From an uncultured Candidatus Bathyarchaeia archaeon (lineage in GTDB: Archaea > Thermoproteota > Bathyarchaeia > TCS64), in the NCBI GenBank assembly GCA_964628365.1, contig CAZVMI010000004.1:1-32690 (forward strand): 32,690 nucleotides of DNA, given 5' to 3'. Under the pieces are notes generated by a model. It searched no databases. It was given only the letters and a program-made list of their open reading frames with translations, and was not told where the DNA came from. Positions within the stretch are counted from its first letter, which is position 1, and the number at the start of each line of letters is the position of its first letter. A program made the translations under genes and the position numbers. This document shows positions 24,444 to 32,690 of this stretch, in pieces.

Positions 24444-25286
24444 TCAGTCTAGTGGGTCGGAGTCGAACCTCCATTTCAGGTCGAACATGTCGGCGAGCCC
24501 CCTGACGACGCCCGGATGCGAGGTTATCGCAGCCTCCCTGAGATAGTAAGGCACACCCTCCTCCTCGACGAGGAAGAGAGCCCTCCCGCCTCCCTCAGGG
24601 TCGATGATGCTCCCGCGGAGGAGGACTACGTCTGAGACACGGATCTCTATCAGATCCTCAGAGAGAGCCCTCATCTCCGAGATAGTCTTGTCCCTCTTCT
24701 CGGCGTCGCTCCCCTTCAGGCTCCCGCGTGACCTCATGAGCACCCTTACCCGTAGTCCACGTGAGACGGCGTCCCTAAGCTCATCGATCACCTGTGGGAG
24801 GTACTCCATCGCCCTGGTAAGGATCAGGATATCAGACCTAGCGCCTCTGTAGAGCCGCCGCGTCTCCTCGACGGAGACGTCCCCAACGCTGACGATTCTG
24901 ATTAGAGGCGTCCTGACCTTGACCCTGCCGCCCTTCAGGAAGACCTCGTTCGCAATGGACGAGAAATTTTTCTTGTGCGACTCGACGACCGTGAGCCTCT
25001 CACGGATCTCCTCCCGCGTGTCGGCGATCAAGCCGTCGGCGATCTCCTCCGGTGCCATGGGGGCGTAGAGCGCGGGGCGCCCCGGGCGGACAATGACGAG
25101 CCCCTTCTGGGAGAGCTCTTCCAGCACGCCGTAGATCCTGGCGTTGGGCACCCCACTCGCCTTGCTCAGGTCCGTCGCCTTCGTCTCGCCGAGGTACATC
25201 AGGTAGGCGAGGGCGGATGCCTGATACTCGTTGAGGCCCATGTCCGTCAGGCTATACTTCAACTGGTTGACTCTTGGCTCCATCAC
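24444..25286 (-). CDS. trmB: TrmB family transcriptional regulator
   Basis: LNEYQASALAYLMYLGETKATDLSKASGVPNARIYGVLEELSQKGLV is the TrmB wHTH. Long C-terminal effector-type domain. GTG at 25286 or ATG at 25283. Confidence 0.8.
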   Translation of the reverse strand: MMEPRVNQLKYSLTDMGLNEYQASALAYLMYLGETKATDLSKASGVPNARIYGVLEELSQKGLVIVRPGRPALYAPMAPEEIADGLIADTREEIRERLTVVESHKKNFSSIANEVFLKGGRVKVRTPLIRIVSVGDVSVEETRRLYRGARSDILILTRAMEYLPQVIDELRDAVSRGLRVRVLMRSRGSLKGSDAEKRDKTISEMRALSEDLIEIRVSDVVLLRGSIIDPEGGGRALFLVEEEGVPYYLREAAITSHPGVVRGLADMFDLKWRFDSDPLD

Positions 25287-25340
25287 CTATCTACCACCGA
25301 AGACGCCTTACTAGAGTGTGACTCACGCACCTGAAATAGA

Positions 25341-25348
25341 TTTATAAA
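25341..25348. promoter_or_regulatory. palindromic TATA box TTTATAAA at the midpoint of the trmB / sulfoquinovose-synthase divergent spacer
   Basis: It is a perfect palindrome, about 60 nt from each start codon (25283/25286 and 25405), and the only TATA-like element in the spacer. Confidence 0.45.
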
Positions 25349-25357
25349 CTAAGAATA

Positions 25358-25377
25358 TTACTATTTCGGAGTAGTAA
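25358..25377 (+). promoter_or_regulatory. inverted repeat TTACTA-N8-TAGTAA, candidate TrmB operator
   Basis: Read directly from the sequence. It lies 10-30 nt downstream of the TATA box on the sulfoquinovose-synthase side, over the expected transcription start. Confidence 0.35.
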
Positions 25378-25404
25378 ATTTGATCTAGGGTACAGGTATC
25401 AACA

Positions 25405-26559
25405 ATGAAAGTAATGATCATGGGAATGGACGGCTACCTGGGCTGGACTCTATCGATGCACCTGGCGGCGAGGGGCCACGATGTCAGCGGAGTCGACAAC
25501 TTCTCCCGCAGGAGGAACGTGGAGGAGATAGGATCATGGTCCGCGACGCCAATCAAGACGATGGAGCAGAGACTCAAAGCGTACAAGAAAGCCACTGGAA
25601 AGGAGCTGAGGTTCTACGAGGGGGACCTCACGGACCCTGAGTTCGCGGAGCAGGTCATCAAGAAGGACAAGCCCGACACCATCGTTCACCTCGGAGAGAT
25701 ACCGTCAGCCCCATACAGCATGATAGACGTCAAGCACTGCAACTACACCCAGACGAACAACATCGTCGGCACGAACAACATCCTGTTCGCCATACACAGG
25801 CACGCCCCCGACAGCCACCTGCTCAAGCTGGGAACCATGGGTGAATACGGGACACCCAACGTCGACATCCCGGAGGGCTTCTTCGAGATCGAGTACAGGG
25901 GCAGGAGGGAAAGGCTCCCCTTCCCCAGGCAGCCCGGCAGCTGGTACCACCTGAGCAAGGTCCACGACACCCACAACATAATGTTCGCGTGCAAGATATG
26001 GGGGCTAAGGAGCACAGACATCATGCAGGGCGTCGTCCACGGGGTCAAAACCGACGACATGGTCAACGATGACCTCATGACTAGGTTCGACTTCGACGAG
26101 GCGTTCGGCACAGCCCTGAACAGGTTCTGCGCCCAGGCGATCATTGGACAGGAGCTGACGCCCTACGGGAAGGGCGGCCAGACCCGCGGCTACATCGCCC
26201 TCAGGGACAGCATGCAGTGCCTCACCATAGCGGCGGAGAACCCGCCTGAGAAGGGTGAGTACAGGGTATTCAACCAGTTCGACGAGTGCTACAGCGTGAA
26301 CCAGCTTGCGGAGCACGTCGTCAAGGTCGCGGGGGAGCTCGGCATAAAGGCTAAGATCTGGAGCATCGAGAACCCCAGGGTCGAGGCAGAGGAGCACTAC
26401 TACAAGCCAGACAGAGAGAAGCTTCCGGCCTTGGGCTTCAAGCCCACGTACAGCCTCGACGACGAGCTCAGGGTCACGATACCTACACTGGCACTTTTCA
26501 AGGAGCGCATCGAGGCAAAGAAGGAGCACATAAAGCCGACGATCTATTGGAGGAGGTAG
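25405..26559 (+). CDS. agl3: UDP-sulfoquinovose synthase (SQD1/SqdB/Agl3 family)
   Basis: GMDGYLGW glycine-rich loop, VDNFSRRR, SAPYSMID, LKLGTMGEYGTPNVDIPEG, GSWYHLSKVHD, TDIMQGVVHG, RFDFDEAFGTALNRFC, YGKGGQTRGY, NPRVEAEEHYY. This is near-diagnostic of SQD1 rather than generic SDR epimerases. Confidence 0.85.
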   Translation: MKVMIMGMDGYLGWTLSMHLAARGHDVSGVDNFSRRRNVEEIGSWSATPIKTMEQRLKAYKKATGKELRFYEGDLTDPEFAEQVIKKDKPDTIVHLGEIPSAPYSMIDVKHCNYTQTNNIVGTNNILFAIHRHAPDSHLLKLGTMGEYGTPNVDIPEGFFEIEYRGRRERLPFPRQPGSWYHLSKVHDTHNIMFACKIWGLRSTDIMQGVVHGVKTDDMVNDDLMTRFDFDEAFGTALNRFCAQAIIGQELTPYGKGGQTRGYIALRDSMQCLTIAAENPPEKGEYRVFNQFDECYSVNQLAEHVVKVAGELGIKAKIWSIENPRVEAEEHYYKPDREKLPALGFKPTYSLDDELRVTIPTLALFKERIEAKKEHIKPTIYWRR

Positions 26560-26605
26560 CCTCCTCCCTTTTATCTCCAAGCAGCATTCTTTAGGGTGAA
26601 AACCT

Positions 26606-27550
26606 ATGAGGATCGCCGTCACCGGTGGAGCAGGTTACATCGGGTCGACCCTCGTAAAGAGGCTAGCGGATCAGGGCCATGAGGTCGTATCGGTCGACAA
26701 CCTCTCACTCGGCGATTACAAGTACCTGAGGTCTCAGGGGTTAGAGGACAGAGTCGAGTTCATCGAGGGAGACATCCGCGACATAGAGCTCTTGGAGAGG
26801 AGCTTCAGGGGAGCCGACGCCGTAGCCCACCTAGCCGCCATACCCGGGCTAGTCCTCTGTAGAGAGAGGCCCGAGGAGGCTGTCTCAGTTAATGTCTACG
26901 GTACGCACACCGTGCTCGAGGCCGCCTCAAAGCTCGGTATCAGGCGGGCGGTCTTCTGCTCGAGCGCCGCCGTCTACGGAGCCCCTGTGGATATGCCTGT
27001 CACAGAGGACCACAGGCTCAGGCCCCTGAACCTCTACGGCGTCACTAAGCTAGCCGGCGAGAAGATCATGGACACTTACTTCGAGAACGGCGGAATGGAG
27101 ACCGTCAACTTAAGGTTCGGTAACGTCTTCGGCGTAGGCCTATACACCCGCTGGTCAACGGTCATCCCCAAGTTCGTCAGACAGGGCATGGAGGGGCAAG
27201 CTCTGACGATATACGGTGATGGTAATAGCAGCAGGGACTTCGTCCACGTCGAAGATATATGCCAGGCACTGACGCTCGCTCTCACCAAAGACGGCGTCGG
27301 CGGTGAGGCATTCAACGTCGGGGGGGAGACGATCAGGATAGGCAAGTTATCGGAGATCGTCTCAAGGGAGGTGGAGAAGGCCACGGGAAGAAGAATCAAG
27401 GTTACTAACCTCCCGCCCAGGCCTGGCGAAACCAAGGAGTTCAGCTACAACCTTAAGAAGATAGAGGAGGGCCTCGGCTACAAGCCCGGATGGGACGTCG
27501 TGAAAGGCGTAATACAGCTGATAGATTATTATAAAAACCAACGAATCTGA
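26606..27550 (+). CDS. NAD-dependent epimerase/dehydratase (GalE-like extended SDR)
   Basis: GGAGYIGS, catalytic YGVTK (YxxxK), RFGNVFG, GDGNSSRDFVHVED. Confidence 0.85.
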   Translation: MRIAVTGGAGYIGSTLVKRLADQGHEVVSVDNLSLGDYKYLRSQGLEDRVEFIEGDIRDIELLERSFRGADAVAHLAAIPGLVLCRERPEEAVSVNVYGTHTVLEAASKLGIRRAVFCSSAAVYGAPVDMPVTEDHRLRPLNLYGVTKLAGEKIMDTYFENGGMETVNLRFGNVFGVGLYTRWSTVIPKFVRQGMEGQALTIYGDGNSSRDFVHVEDICQALTLALTKDGVGGEAFNVGGETIRIGKLSEIVSREVEKATGRRIKVTNLPPRPGETKEFSYNLKKIEEGLGYKPGWDVVKGVIQLIDYYKNQRI

Positions 27551-27600
27551 TTGGACTACTTTTTAGTTCTCTAATTTTATCTTATTCAAATAGGAGATGT

Positions 27601-27882
27601 TCAGTCTAGCACTATCATCGTCAGGGTCGACCTGACGTGGTTCAGGCGTCGGATCTTCGATGTGATCACGTCCTTGAGCTCCTGCATCGAGCCCGCCTCG
27701 AGCCTGACGACGAAGTCGTAGACTCCGTAGACACCGTAGACCTCCTTCACCTCGGGTATGGTCTTCAGAGTCGCGCTGACATCGGACCCTTCGCCCAAAT
27801 CCGTGTTGATTAGTACAAAGGCGATACTCATGAAACCACTAGTTACGGTTAAGTTGTAATGGTTATTAACATTTTCTAGCAT
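27601..27882 (-). CDS. stand-alone Lrp/AsnC ligand-binding (RAM) domain protein
   Basis: The core MSIAFVLINTD...IPEVKEVYGVYGVYDFVVRLEA...L..VI..KIR.L..V.ST.T is typical of AsnC_trans_reg. The conserved core starts at ATG 27831. The ATG at 27882 sits about 26 nt from an AT tract, so a leaderless transcript is possible. Confidence 0.65.
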   Translation of the reverse strand: MLENVNNHYNLTVTSGFMSIAFVLINTDLGEGSDVSATLKTIPEVKEVYGVYGVYDFVVRLEAGSMQELKDVITSKIRRLNHVRSTLTMIVLD

Positions 27883-28035
27883 CAAAAGAGGGTATGTTTT
27901 TATTGTATATATTATTACATGTGAGTAAAGTTGTGTCTTCTTGAGGTTTCCGTGAGATTATTCGTTTTTTGTCGTTCTTGTTTTCGTCGCAATTCTTAAT
28001 CAAAGCTGTGGTGAGGTGTTTTTAGGCGTCTTATT

Positions 28036-29274
28036 TTGGGCTTAAACAGGGGCGTAGCTGTTGTCGGGGCTGGGATGACCCGTTTCCACCACAAGATCCA
28101 CGCCGATAAGACCGGCAGGGAGATTTTCGTCGAGGCTGCCATCGAGGCGGTAGACTCCGTGGATAATGGCTTGGAGCTCGGAGGCGTGGAGTCAATCTTC
28201 GTCGGTAACTTCTCCAACGAAGTCTTTGAGAAACAATCTCATACTGGGGCGATGATGGCCGACTGGCTCGGCATCAACCCCAAACCGGCAGTAAGGGTCG
28301 AGGGCGCCTGCGCGAGTTCGGGCGTCGCCTTCAATCTCGGCGTCCAATCGATAGCGTCAGGGCTGTATGACGTGGTCCTCGTCGGAGGCTTCGAGAAGAT
28401 GAGGAGCCAGACCACTGAGCAGGTCACGGACACCCTGGCGATGGCCGCTGATGCCTCGTACGAGGCGTCTGTGGGTTTCACATTCCCCGGCCTATACGCC
28501 TCGATGGCAACGGCCTATTTCCACAAGTATGGCGCCCGATGGGAGGAGCTGGCCGCCGTCACGGTGAAGAACCATAAAAACGGCGCCCTCAACCCGAAGG
28601 CCCATTTCCAGTCGGACATAATGTCGACGGCGTTTAAGGCTGGAGAGGGTAAAGGCGTTAAGTTCAAAGATGAGCTCGAGTTCCTATCATCTTCGTTCAA
28701 CCCTGTTGTCGCTCACCCTCTTCGCCTCTTCGACTGCTGCCCCGTCTCGGACGGCGCGGCCGTCATCATTCTTGCGGGCGAGGACGTGGCGAGGAGGTTC
28801 ACCGACACGCCGGTGATGGTCGCAGGGATTGGTCAGGCCTCTGACACTCTTGCCCTTCACGATCGTCAAGACTTCACCTCGATGAGGGCCACCAGGGTCG
28901 CGGCCGAGAACGCCTATCGCCTCGCCGGCTTGTCCACGAAAGAGATCGATGTTGCAGACGTCCATGACTGCTTCACCATAGCCGAGGTGATAGCGACGGA
29001 GGATCTCGGATTCTTCCCGAAGGGGCAGGGAGGGAAGGCCGCCGTTGAGGGCGTCACAGGCCTCAAGGGCGATAAGCCCGTCAACGCCGATGGGGGGCTT
29101 AAAGCGAAGGGACACCCGGTCGGCGCCACCGGCGCGGCGATGGCCTACGAGATCTTCAAGCAGCTTAGGGGGGAGGCAGGCGATCATCAGGTGGCCGGCG
29201 CTGAGGTCGGCCTCGCCCAGAACGTCGGGGCGGCAGGGGCGACCGTGACGGTCCAAATCTTCAGGAGGGGATGA
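28036..29274 (+). CDS. thiolase (SCP-x/archaeal acetyl-CoA C-acyltransferase type)
   Basis: VAVVGAGMTRF, catalytic Cys in EGACASSGVAF, DCCPVSDGAA, GHPVGATG. TTG start. Confidence 0.88.
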   Translation: MGLNRGVAVVGAGMTRFHHKIHADKTGREIFVEAAIEAVDSVDNGLELGGVESIFVGNFSNEVFEKQSHTGAMMADWLGINPKPAVRVEGACASSGVAFNLGVQSIASGLYDVVLVGGFEKMRSQTTEQVTDTLAMAADASYEASVGFTFPGLYASMATAYFHKYGARWEELAAVTVKNHKNGALNPKAHFQSDIMSTAFKAGEGKGVKFKDELEFLSSSFNPVVAHPLRLFDCCPVSDGAAVIILAGEDVARRFTDTPVMVAGIGQASDTLALHDRQDFTSMRATRVAAENAYRLAGLSTKEIDVADVHDCFTIAEVIATEDLGFFPKGQGGKAAVEGVTGLKGDKPVNADGGLKAKGHPVGATGAAMAYEIFKQLRGEAGDHQVAGAEVGLAQNVGAAGATVTVQIFRRG

Positions 29275-29275
29275 T

Positions 29276-29653
29276 ATGGGCATTACCTTCACGGTGCAGG
29301 CCTTCAACGACGGCCTCGCCCAGGGGAAGCTCAGGGGAGCCAGGTGCACGAGCTGCGGAGAGCTTCACCTCCCGCCTAGGCCGATATGCAGGACCTGCGG
29401 ATCGAGGCAACTAGAGTGGTTCGACTTCAAGGGCACTGGTCATGTGGAGACCTTCACAGTGATAGGCGTGCCCCTCAGCGAATTCAAGGAGAGAAGCCCA
29501 TATGCCGTGGGCATCGTAAAGCTAGACGAGGGGCCGACCATATCAGGCCTCCTGCTGAAGGAGAAGATCGACGAGCTGAGGGTCGGGGAAAGGGTCGAGG
29601 TCGCCTACATAAAGGGGCAGGATAGAACGATACTGGGCTTCAGGGCAGTTTAG
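29276..29653 (+). CDS. DUF35 OB-fold / zinc-ribbon protein (thiolase-associated)
   Basis: CTSCGELHLPPRPICRTCGS zinc ribbon followed by an OB-fold. It starts 2 nt after the thiolase stop, the canonical thiolase-DUF35 pairing. Confidence 0.85.
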   Translation: MGITFTVQAFNDGLAQGKLRGARCTSCGELHLPPRPICRTCGSRQLEWFDFKGTGHVETFTVIGVPLSEFKERSPYAVGIVKLDEGPTISGLLLKEKIDELRVGERVEVAYIKGQDRTILGFRAV

Positions 29654-31465
29654 CTACTGCCCTTTGAAGACGGGTTTCCTCTTCTCCTTGAAGGCGGCGA
29701 CGCCCTCCTTGAAGTCGACCGTGTAGAAGAACATGCCGAACTCCTTCGACTCGGCCTCCAGCTCGTCGAGGCTGAGGGTCGTCAGCCTCTTAAGAGCCGC
29801 CAATACTACGGTTGGACCGTTAACGAGCTTGTTGACGAGCTCATCAACCTTCGAGCCGAACTCGGCTGCGGGAACGACCTTGTTGACGAGGCCTATCGCG
29901 AGAGCCTCTTGGGCCCCGATCAGCTCGCCGCCCATCATGAACTCCTTCGCCTTCTGGACGCCGATGAGTTGACTGAGCAGCTTCGTTGCGCCCCAGCCGG
30001 GGATGATGCCGAGGTTGATCTCGGTTTGGCCGAAGCGGGCCTTGTCGCTGGCTATCCTGTAGTCGCACCACATCGCTACCTCGCATCCCCCTCCCAGGGC
30101 GAAGCCGTTGACCGCGGCGACGACGGGCTTCGACGACCTCATAAATTTGGTGAACGTCCTGTGACCCTTCCTCGAGAACTCGTACGCCTCAGGTCCAGTG
30201 AACTTGCTGAGCCTGTCTATGTCCGCGCCAGAGGAGAAGGCTCTGTCCCCCGCGCCCGTGACGACGATGCATCTGACTGACTTGTCCGCCTCGGCCTTGT
30301 CTGCGGCCTCGGCGATCATGTCGAGCATCTCCGAGGTTATGCCATTGGCCTTGTTTGGCCTGTTCAGGGTTATCTTACATACTCCGTTAGCTGTATCAAC
30401 AAGGACAGGCTTCTCTTCGGTCTCTCCCTTCTCCATCCTCGCCTTCAGTTCGAAGGGGCCGAAGGGGATATTTCCGCCGAGCTTAATCACAGTGTCTATG
30501 GACTGGATGTCCGCGACCCCCTCTGCGACGAGCTTATCGGCCTCCGCAACGAATGGCCTGAGGAGGAGGTTGACATCGAAGCCCTTAGCCTGGTCCTCGG
30601 TCACGGCCGGCCTCTCTGTATAGCTGTAGAAGCCTTCGCCAGTCTTTCGTCCTAGCTTCTTCCCCTCATAAAGCTTCTTGATCGGCTCCGTCGGTGTGTA
30701 ATAGGGGCCGAGGTTCTCCTCGAGGACCCTTAGGATGTTGTGTACGATGTCGAGGCCGATGAGGTCGCTGAGCATAAATGGACCCATGGGCATCCCCACC
30801 TTGTACTGCATTGCAGCGTCTATCTGCTCCTTCGTGTAGCCTTTATCGAGGAGCTTCGCCGCTTCGTTGAGGTAAGTTATCACGACCCTGTTGAATATGA
30901 ATCCTGGTGAGTCCCGCTTAATGGCTACTGGTGTCTTGCCGAGCTTCTCCGCCAGGGCTTTAACGGCTAAGATCGTCTCTTGGCTCGTCTTCGCCCCTGG
31001 TATCACCTCGACAAGCTGCATCAGGACGGGTGGATTGAAGAAGTGCATGCCTACGAAGCGCTCCGGCGCATCGACCGCCTTCGCCATCTCGGTTATGCTT
31101 AGGCTGCTTGTGTTTGTCGCCAGTATGGCGTCACGTTTCGCGCTCCGCGAGACTTCGCCCCAGACCTGGTGCTTGATACTCATCTTCTCTGGGACGGCCT
31201 CCACTATCAGGTCGGCCTCTTTCACTGCCTCGGCGAGGTCGAGGACCATGGTTATCCTGTTGAGGACCTCCTGGGAGTCCTTCTCCGTCATCCTCCCCCT
31301 CTGGACGAGTTTGCTCAGGCTCCCCTCTATCCCCTTCCTCGCACCGTCGAGTAAGGGCTGCTCTATGTCCCTTATTGTGACCTTGAAGCCGACGGTGGCA
31401 GTCAACTGGGCTATCCCATGGCCCATGACACCGGCGCCCAGGACCGTGACTTTCTCGACCTTCAT
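29654..31465 (-). CDS. fused 3-hydroxyacyl-CoA dehydrogenase (N-terminal) / enoyl-CoA hydratase (C-terminal)
   Basis: N-terminus VTVLGAGVMGHGIAQ (NAD Rossmann), NTSSLSI and HFFNP. C-terminus ITLNRPNKANGIT...VVTGAGDRAFSSGADI...AAVNGFALGGGCE (crotonase). Confidence 0.9.
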   Translation of the reverse strand: MKVEKVTVLGAGVMGHGIAQLTATVGFKVTIRDIEQPLLDGARKGIEGSLSKLVQRGRMTEKDSQEVLNRITMVLDLAEAVKEADLIVEAVPEKMSIKHQVWGEVSRSAKRDAILATNTSSLSITEMAKAVDAPERFVGMHFFNPPVLMQLVEVIPGAKTSQETILAVKALAEKLGKTPVAIKRDSPGFIFNRVVITYLNEAAKLLDKGYTKEQIDAAMQYKVGMPMGPFMLSDLIGLDIVHNILRVLEENLGPYYTPTEPIKKLYEGKKLGRKTGEGFYSYTERPAVTEDQAKGFDVNLLLRPFVAEADKLVAEGVADIQSIDTVIKLGGNIPFGPFELKARMEKGETEEKPVLVDTANGVCKITLNRPNKANGITSEMLDMIAEAADKAEADKSVRCIVVTGAGDRAFSSGADIDRLSKFTGPEAYEFSRKGHRTFTKFMRSSKPVVAAVNGFALGGGCEVAMWCDYRIASDKARFGQTEINLGIIPGWGATKLLSQLIGVQKAKEFMMGGELIGAQEALAIGLVNKVVPAAEFGSKVDELVNKLVNGPTVVLAALKRLTTLSLDELEAESKEFGMFFYTVDFKEGVAAFKEKRKPVFKGQ

Positions 31466-31569
31466 GGATTATCAGGGGGTTCTACGCAGTCAAGGCTTAA
31501 GCTTTTTTCGGATGGAGAAGACTAAAAAAGGTGGTTAAGAGGTCTATCATCGTCAAGGGCTGAGCCGAT

Positions 31570-32364
31570 GTGACGAGGATAATAGTTCTTGTTAAGGACA
31601 CCCCAGATCTATCGGGTTTGAAGATCGATCCCTCAAACAGGAGGCCGCTCCTCGAGGGTGTTAAGAGGAGGTTGGGCGACCTCGATAAGCGCGCTTTGGA
31701 GGCCGCGATCAGGGTGAAGGAGGCCACGGTAGGGGAGGTGATCGCCCTCTCGGTTGGCGACGAGAAGACGAAGACGACCATCCTAGAGGCCCTCGCCATG
31801 GGGGCTGACTCCGCCTGCGTCGTGAACGACGAGGCCCTCAGGAGATTGGACGCTTGTGCGACATCGATGGTCCTGGCGGCGGCCATCAAGAAGATAGGAG
31901 GCTACGACCTCGTCGTTCTAGGGGAGCTCAGCCTGGATACACTTTCAGCGCAGGTGGGCCCGAGGCTCTCAGAACTCCTGGACCTACCCCAGATGACCTA
32001 CGCGAGGGAACTTAAGCTCGAAGACGGGAAGGTGACTGCCATGCGCGACCTCGAGGACGTCGACGAGGTCGTCGAGGCACCTTTACCTTCGCTTGTATCC
32101 GTCATCAGGGAGATCAACGAGCCTAGGATACCCTCGCTTATGAATATCATGAAGGCTAAGAAGAAACCAATCATCGAGTGGCGGGCGACAGACCTCGGCC
32201 TGAAGCCCGAGGAGGTGAAAGCCGCATCCTCCATCGAGGTCCTGGACGTGGTCGCCCCAGAGGTGAAGAGGAAGAGGATCGTGATAAAGGCGGAGACAGC
32301 TGAGCAGGCTTCAGCGAAGCTTGTCGAAGCCCTCACGTCAGAGGGAGTTCTGGAGGGTCAGTGA
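31570..32364 (+). CDS. etfB: electron transfer flavoprotein beta subunit
   Basis: IIVLVKDTPDL, DKRALEAAIRVKE, DLVVLGELSLD and PSLMNIMKAKKKPI are typical EtfB/FixA. GTG start. Confidence 0.88.
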   Translation: MTRIIVLVKDTPDLSGLKIDPSNRRPLLEGVKRRLGDLDKRALEAAIRVKEATVGEVIALSVGDEKTKTTILEALAMGADSACVVNDEALRRLDACATSMVLAAAIKKIGGYDLVVLGELSLDTLSAQVGPRLSELLDLPQMTYARELKLEDGKVTAMRDLEDVDEVVEAPLPSLVSVIREINEPRIPSLMNIMKAKKKPIIEWRATDLGLKPEEVKAASSIEVLDVVAPEVKRKRIVIKAETAEQASAKLVEALTSEGVLEGQ

Positions 32365-32690
32365 TGGGCGGCGTGCTCGTCTTCTCGGAGGATCGTGAAC
32401 TCGCACGCCAGCTCCTTGGCAAAGCCGTGGAGCTCTCAGGAAGACTCGGCGGCAGGGTCTCAGCCTTGACAATAGGAATAGGGGAGGAAGATCTCATCAA
32501 GCATGGCGCTGACGTCGTCTACATAGCCAGCTCGCCTTCGGGCTACGCCGTTGAGCCTTACAGGGCCCTACTGCTAGAAGCGGTGAGGAGGGAGTCACCT
32601 GACGTCGTCCTCGTCGGAGGCACGAAGAGGGGCAAGGAGCTGGCCCCCAGGGTCGCCGCGGCCCTAGGTGCCGGCTACGCCTCGGACTGT
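32364..32690 (+). CDS. etfA: electron transfer flavoprotein alpha subunit, 3-prime end cut by window edge
   Basis: The ATG overlaps the etfB TGA by 1 nt (TGATG). Hand translation gives MGGVLVFSEDRELARQLLGKAVELS...VVLVGGTKRGKELAPRVAAALGAGYASDC, an EtfA N-terminal domain. The frame stays open to the last base. Confidence 0.8.
   Translation, partial: MGGVLVFSEDRELARQLLGKAVELSGRLGGRVSALTIGIGEEDLIKHGADVVYIASSPSGYAVEPYRALLLEAVRRESPDVVLVGGTKRGKELAPRVAAALGAGYASDC

Noticed and set aside
26005-26622. 205-codon minus-strand ORF antisense to the UDP-sulfoquinovose synthase gene
   Set aside because: The plus-strand product matches SQD1 motif for motif. The antisense translation has no domain signature and an Arg/Leu/Val bias.
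27961-27990. 30-nt tract with no A residues (TTCGTTTTTTGTCGTTCTTGTTTTCGTCGC) between the Lrp-like gene and the thiolase gene
   Set aside because: It is low-complexity T-rich spacer in a divergent promoter region. It has no repeat phasing or pairing partner. It is most simply promoter or terminator-type filler, though a U-rich leader cannot be excluded without transcript mapping.
28687-29349. 220-codon minus-strand ORF antisense to the thiolase and DUF35 genes
   Set aside because: This is a shadow of two strongly supported plus-strand genes. The product is Arg/Gly/Pro-rich and matches no family.
30891-31538. 215-codon plus-strand ORF antisense to the HBD-crotonase fusion
   Set aside because: Same reasoning. 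The minus-strand fusion protein is unambiguous and the antisense product is a Ser/Thr/Leu-rich low-complexity sequence.

Overview
Dense, mostly housekeeping segment of an archaeal chromosome. Lineage markers are a group II chaperonin, Rpo6/Rpo7/Spt4, ribosomal proteins eS24, eS25 and eS31, an intron-containing tRNA and an F420 glutamyl ligase, which fits a TACK/Thermoproteota-like archaeon. Coding sequence is GC-rich and the short intergenic promoters are AT-rich. I call 41 CDS (both window edges cut a gene) and 2 tRNAs. Modules in order: (1) saccharopine-dehydrogenase-like gene, rpoK, thermosome; (2) FAH hydrolase, hotdog thioesterase and small wHTH/DUF167/MBL/DUF1805 genes; (3) the conserved rpoE'-spt4-DUF359 (dephospho-CoA kinase)-eS24-eS31 string; (4) an HTH-phosphoribosyltransferase-like regulator beside divergent tRNA-Lys (intron) and tRNA-Gly; (5) a five-gene minus-strand operon of PadR, ABC ATPase, secreted four-module beta-sandwich protein, MacB/FtsX-type permease and Yip1-like membrane protein; (6) cofE, DsrE-like, uppP, and a RimK-type ATP-grasp ligase translationally coupled to a cyclophilin-like protein; (7) eS25 and IleRS; (8) TatD, MBL and a zinc-ribbon membrane protein; (9) TrmB divergent from UDP-sulfoquinovose synthase plus an epimerase; (10) a beta-oxidation-type block of thiolase-DUF35, an HBD-crotonase fusion and EtfBA. 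I see no CRISPR array, transposase, integrase, reverse transcriptase or recognisable defence gene, so this reads as a core region rather than an island. The best candidates for something poorly described are the PadR/MacB-type ABC/beta-sandwich/Yip1 operon and the RimK/cyclophilin-like pair. Both are hypotheses built from gene context. All product calls come from motif recognition by eye, not database searches.
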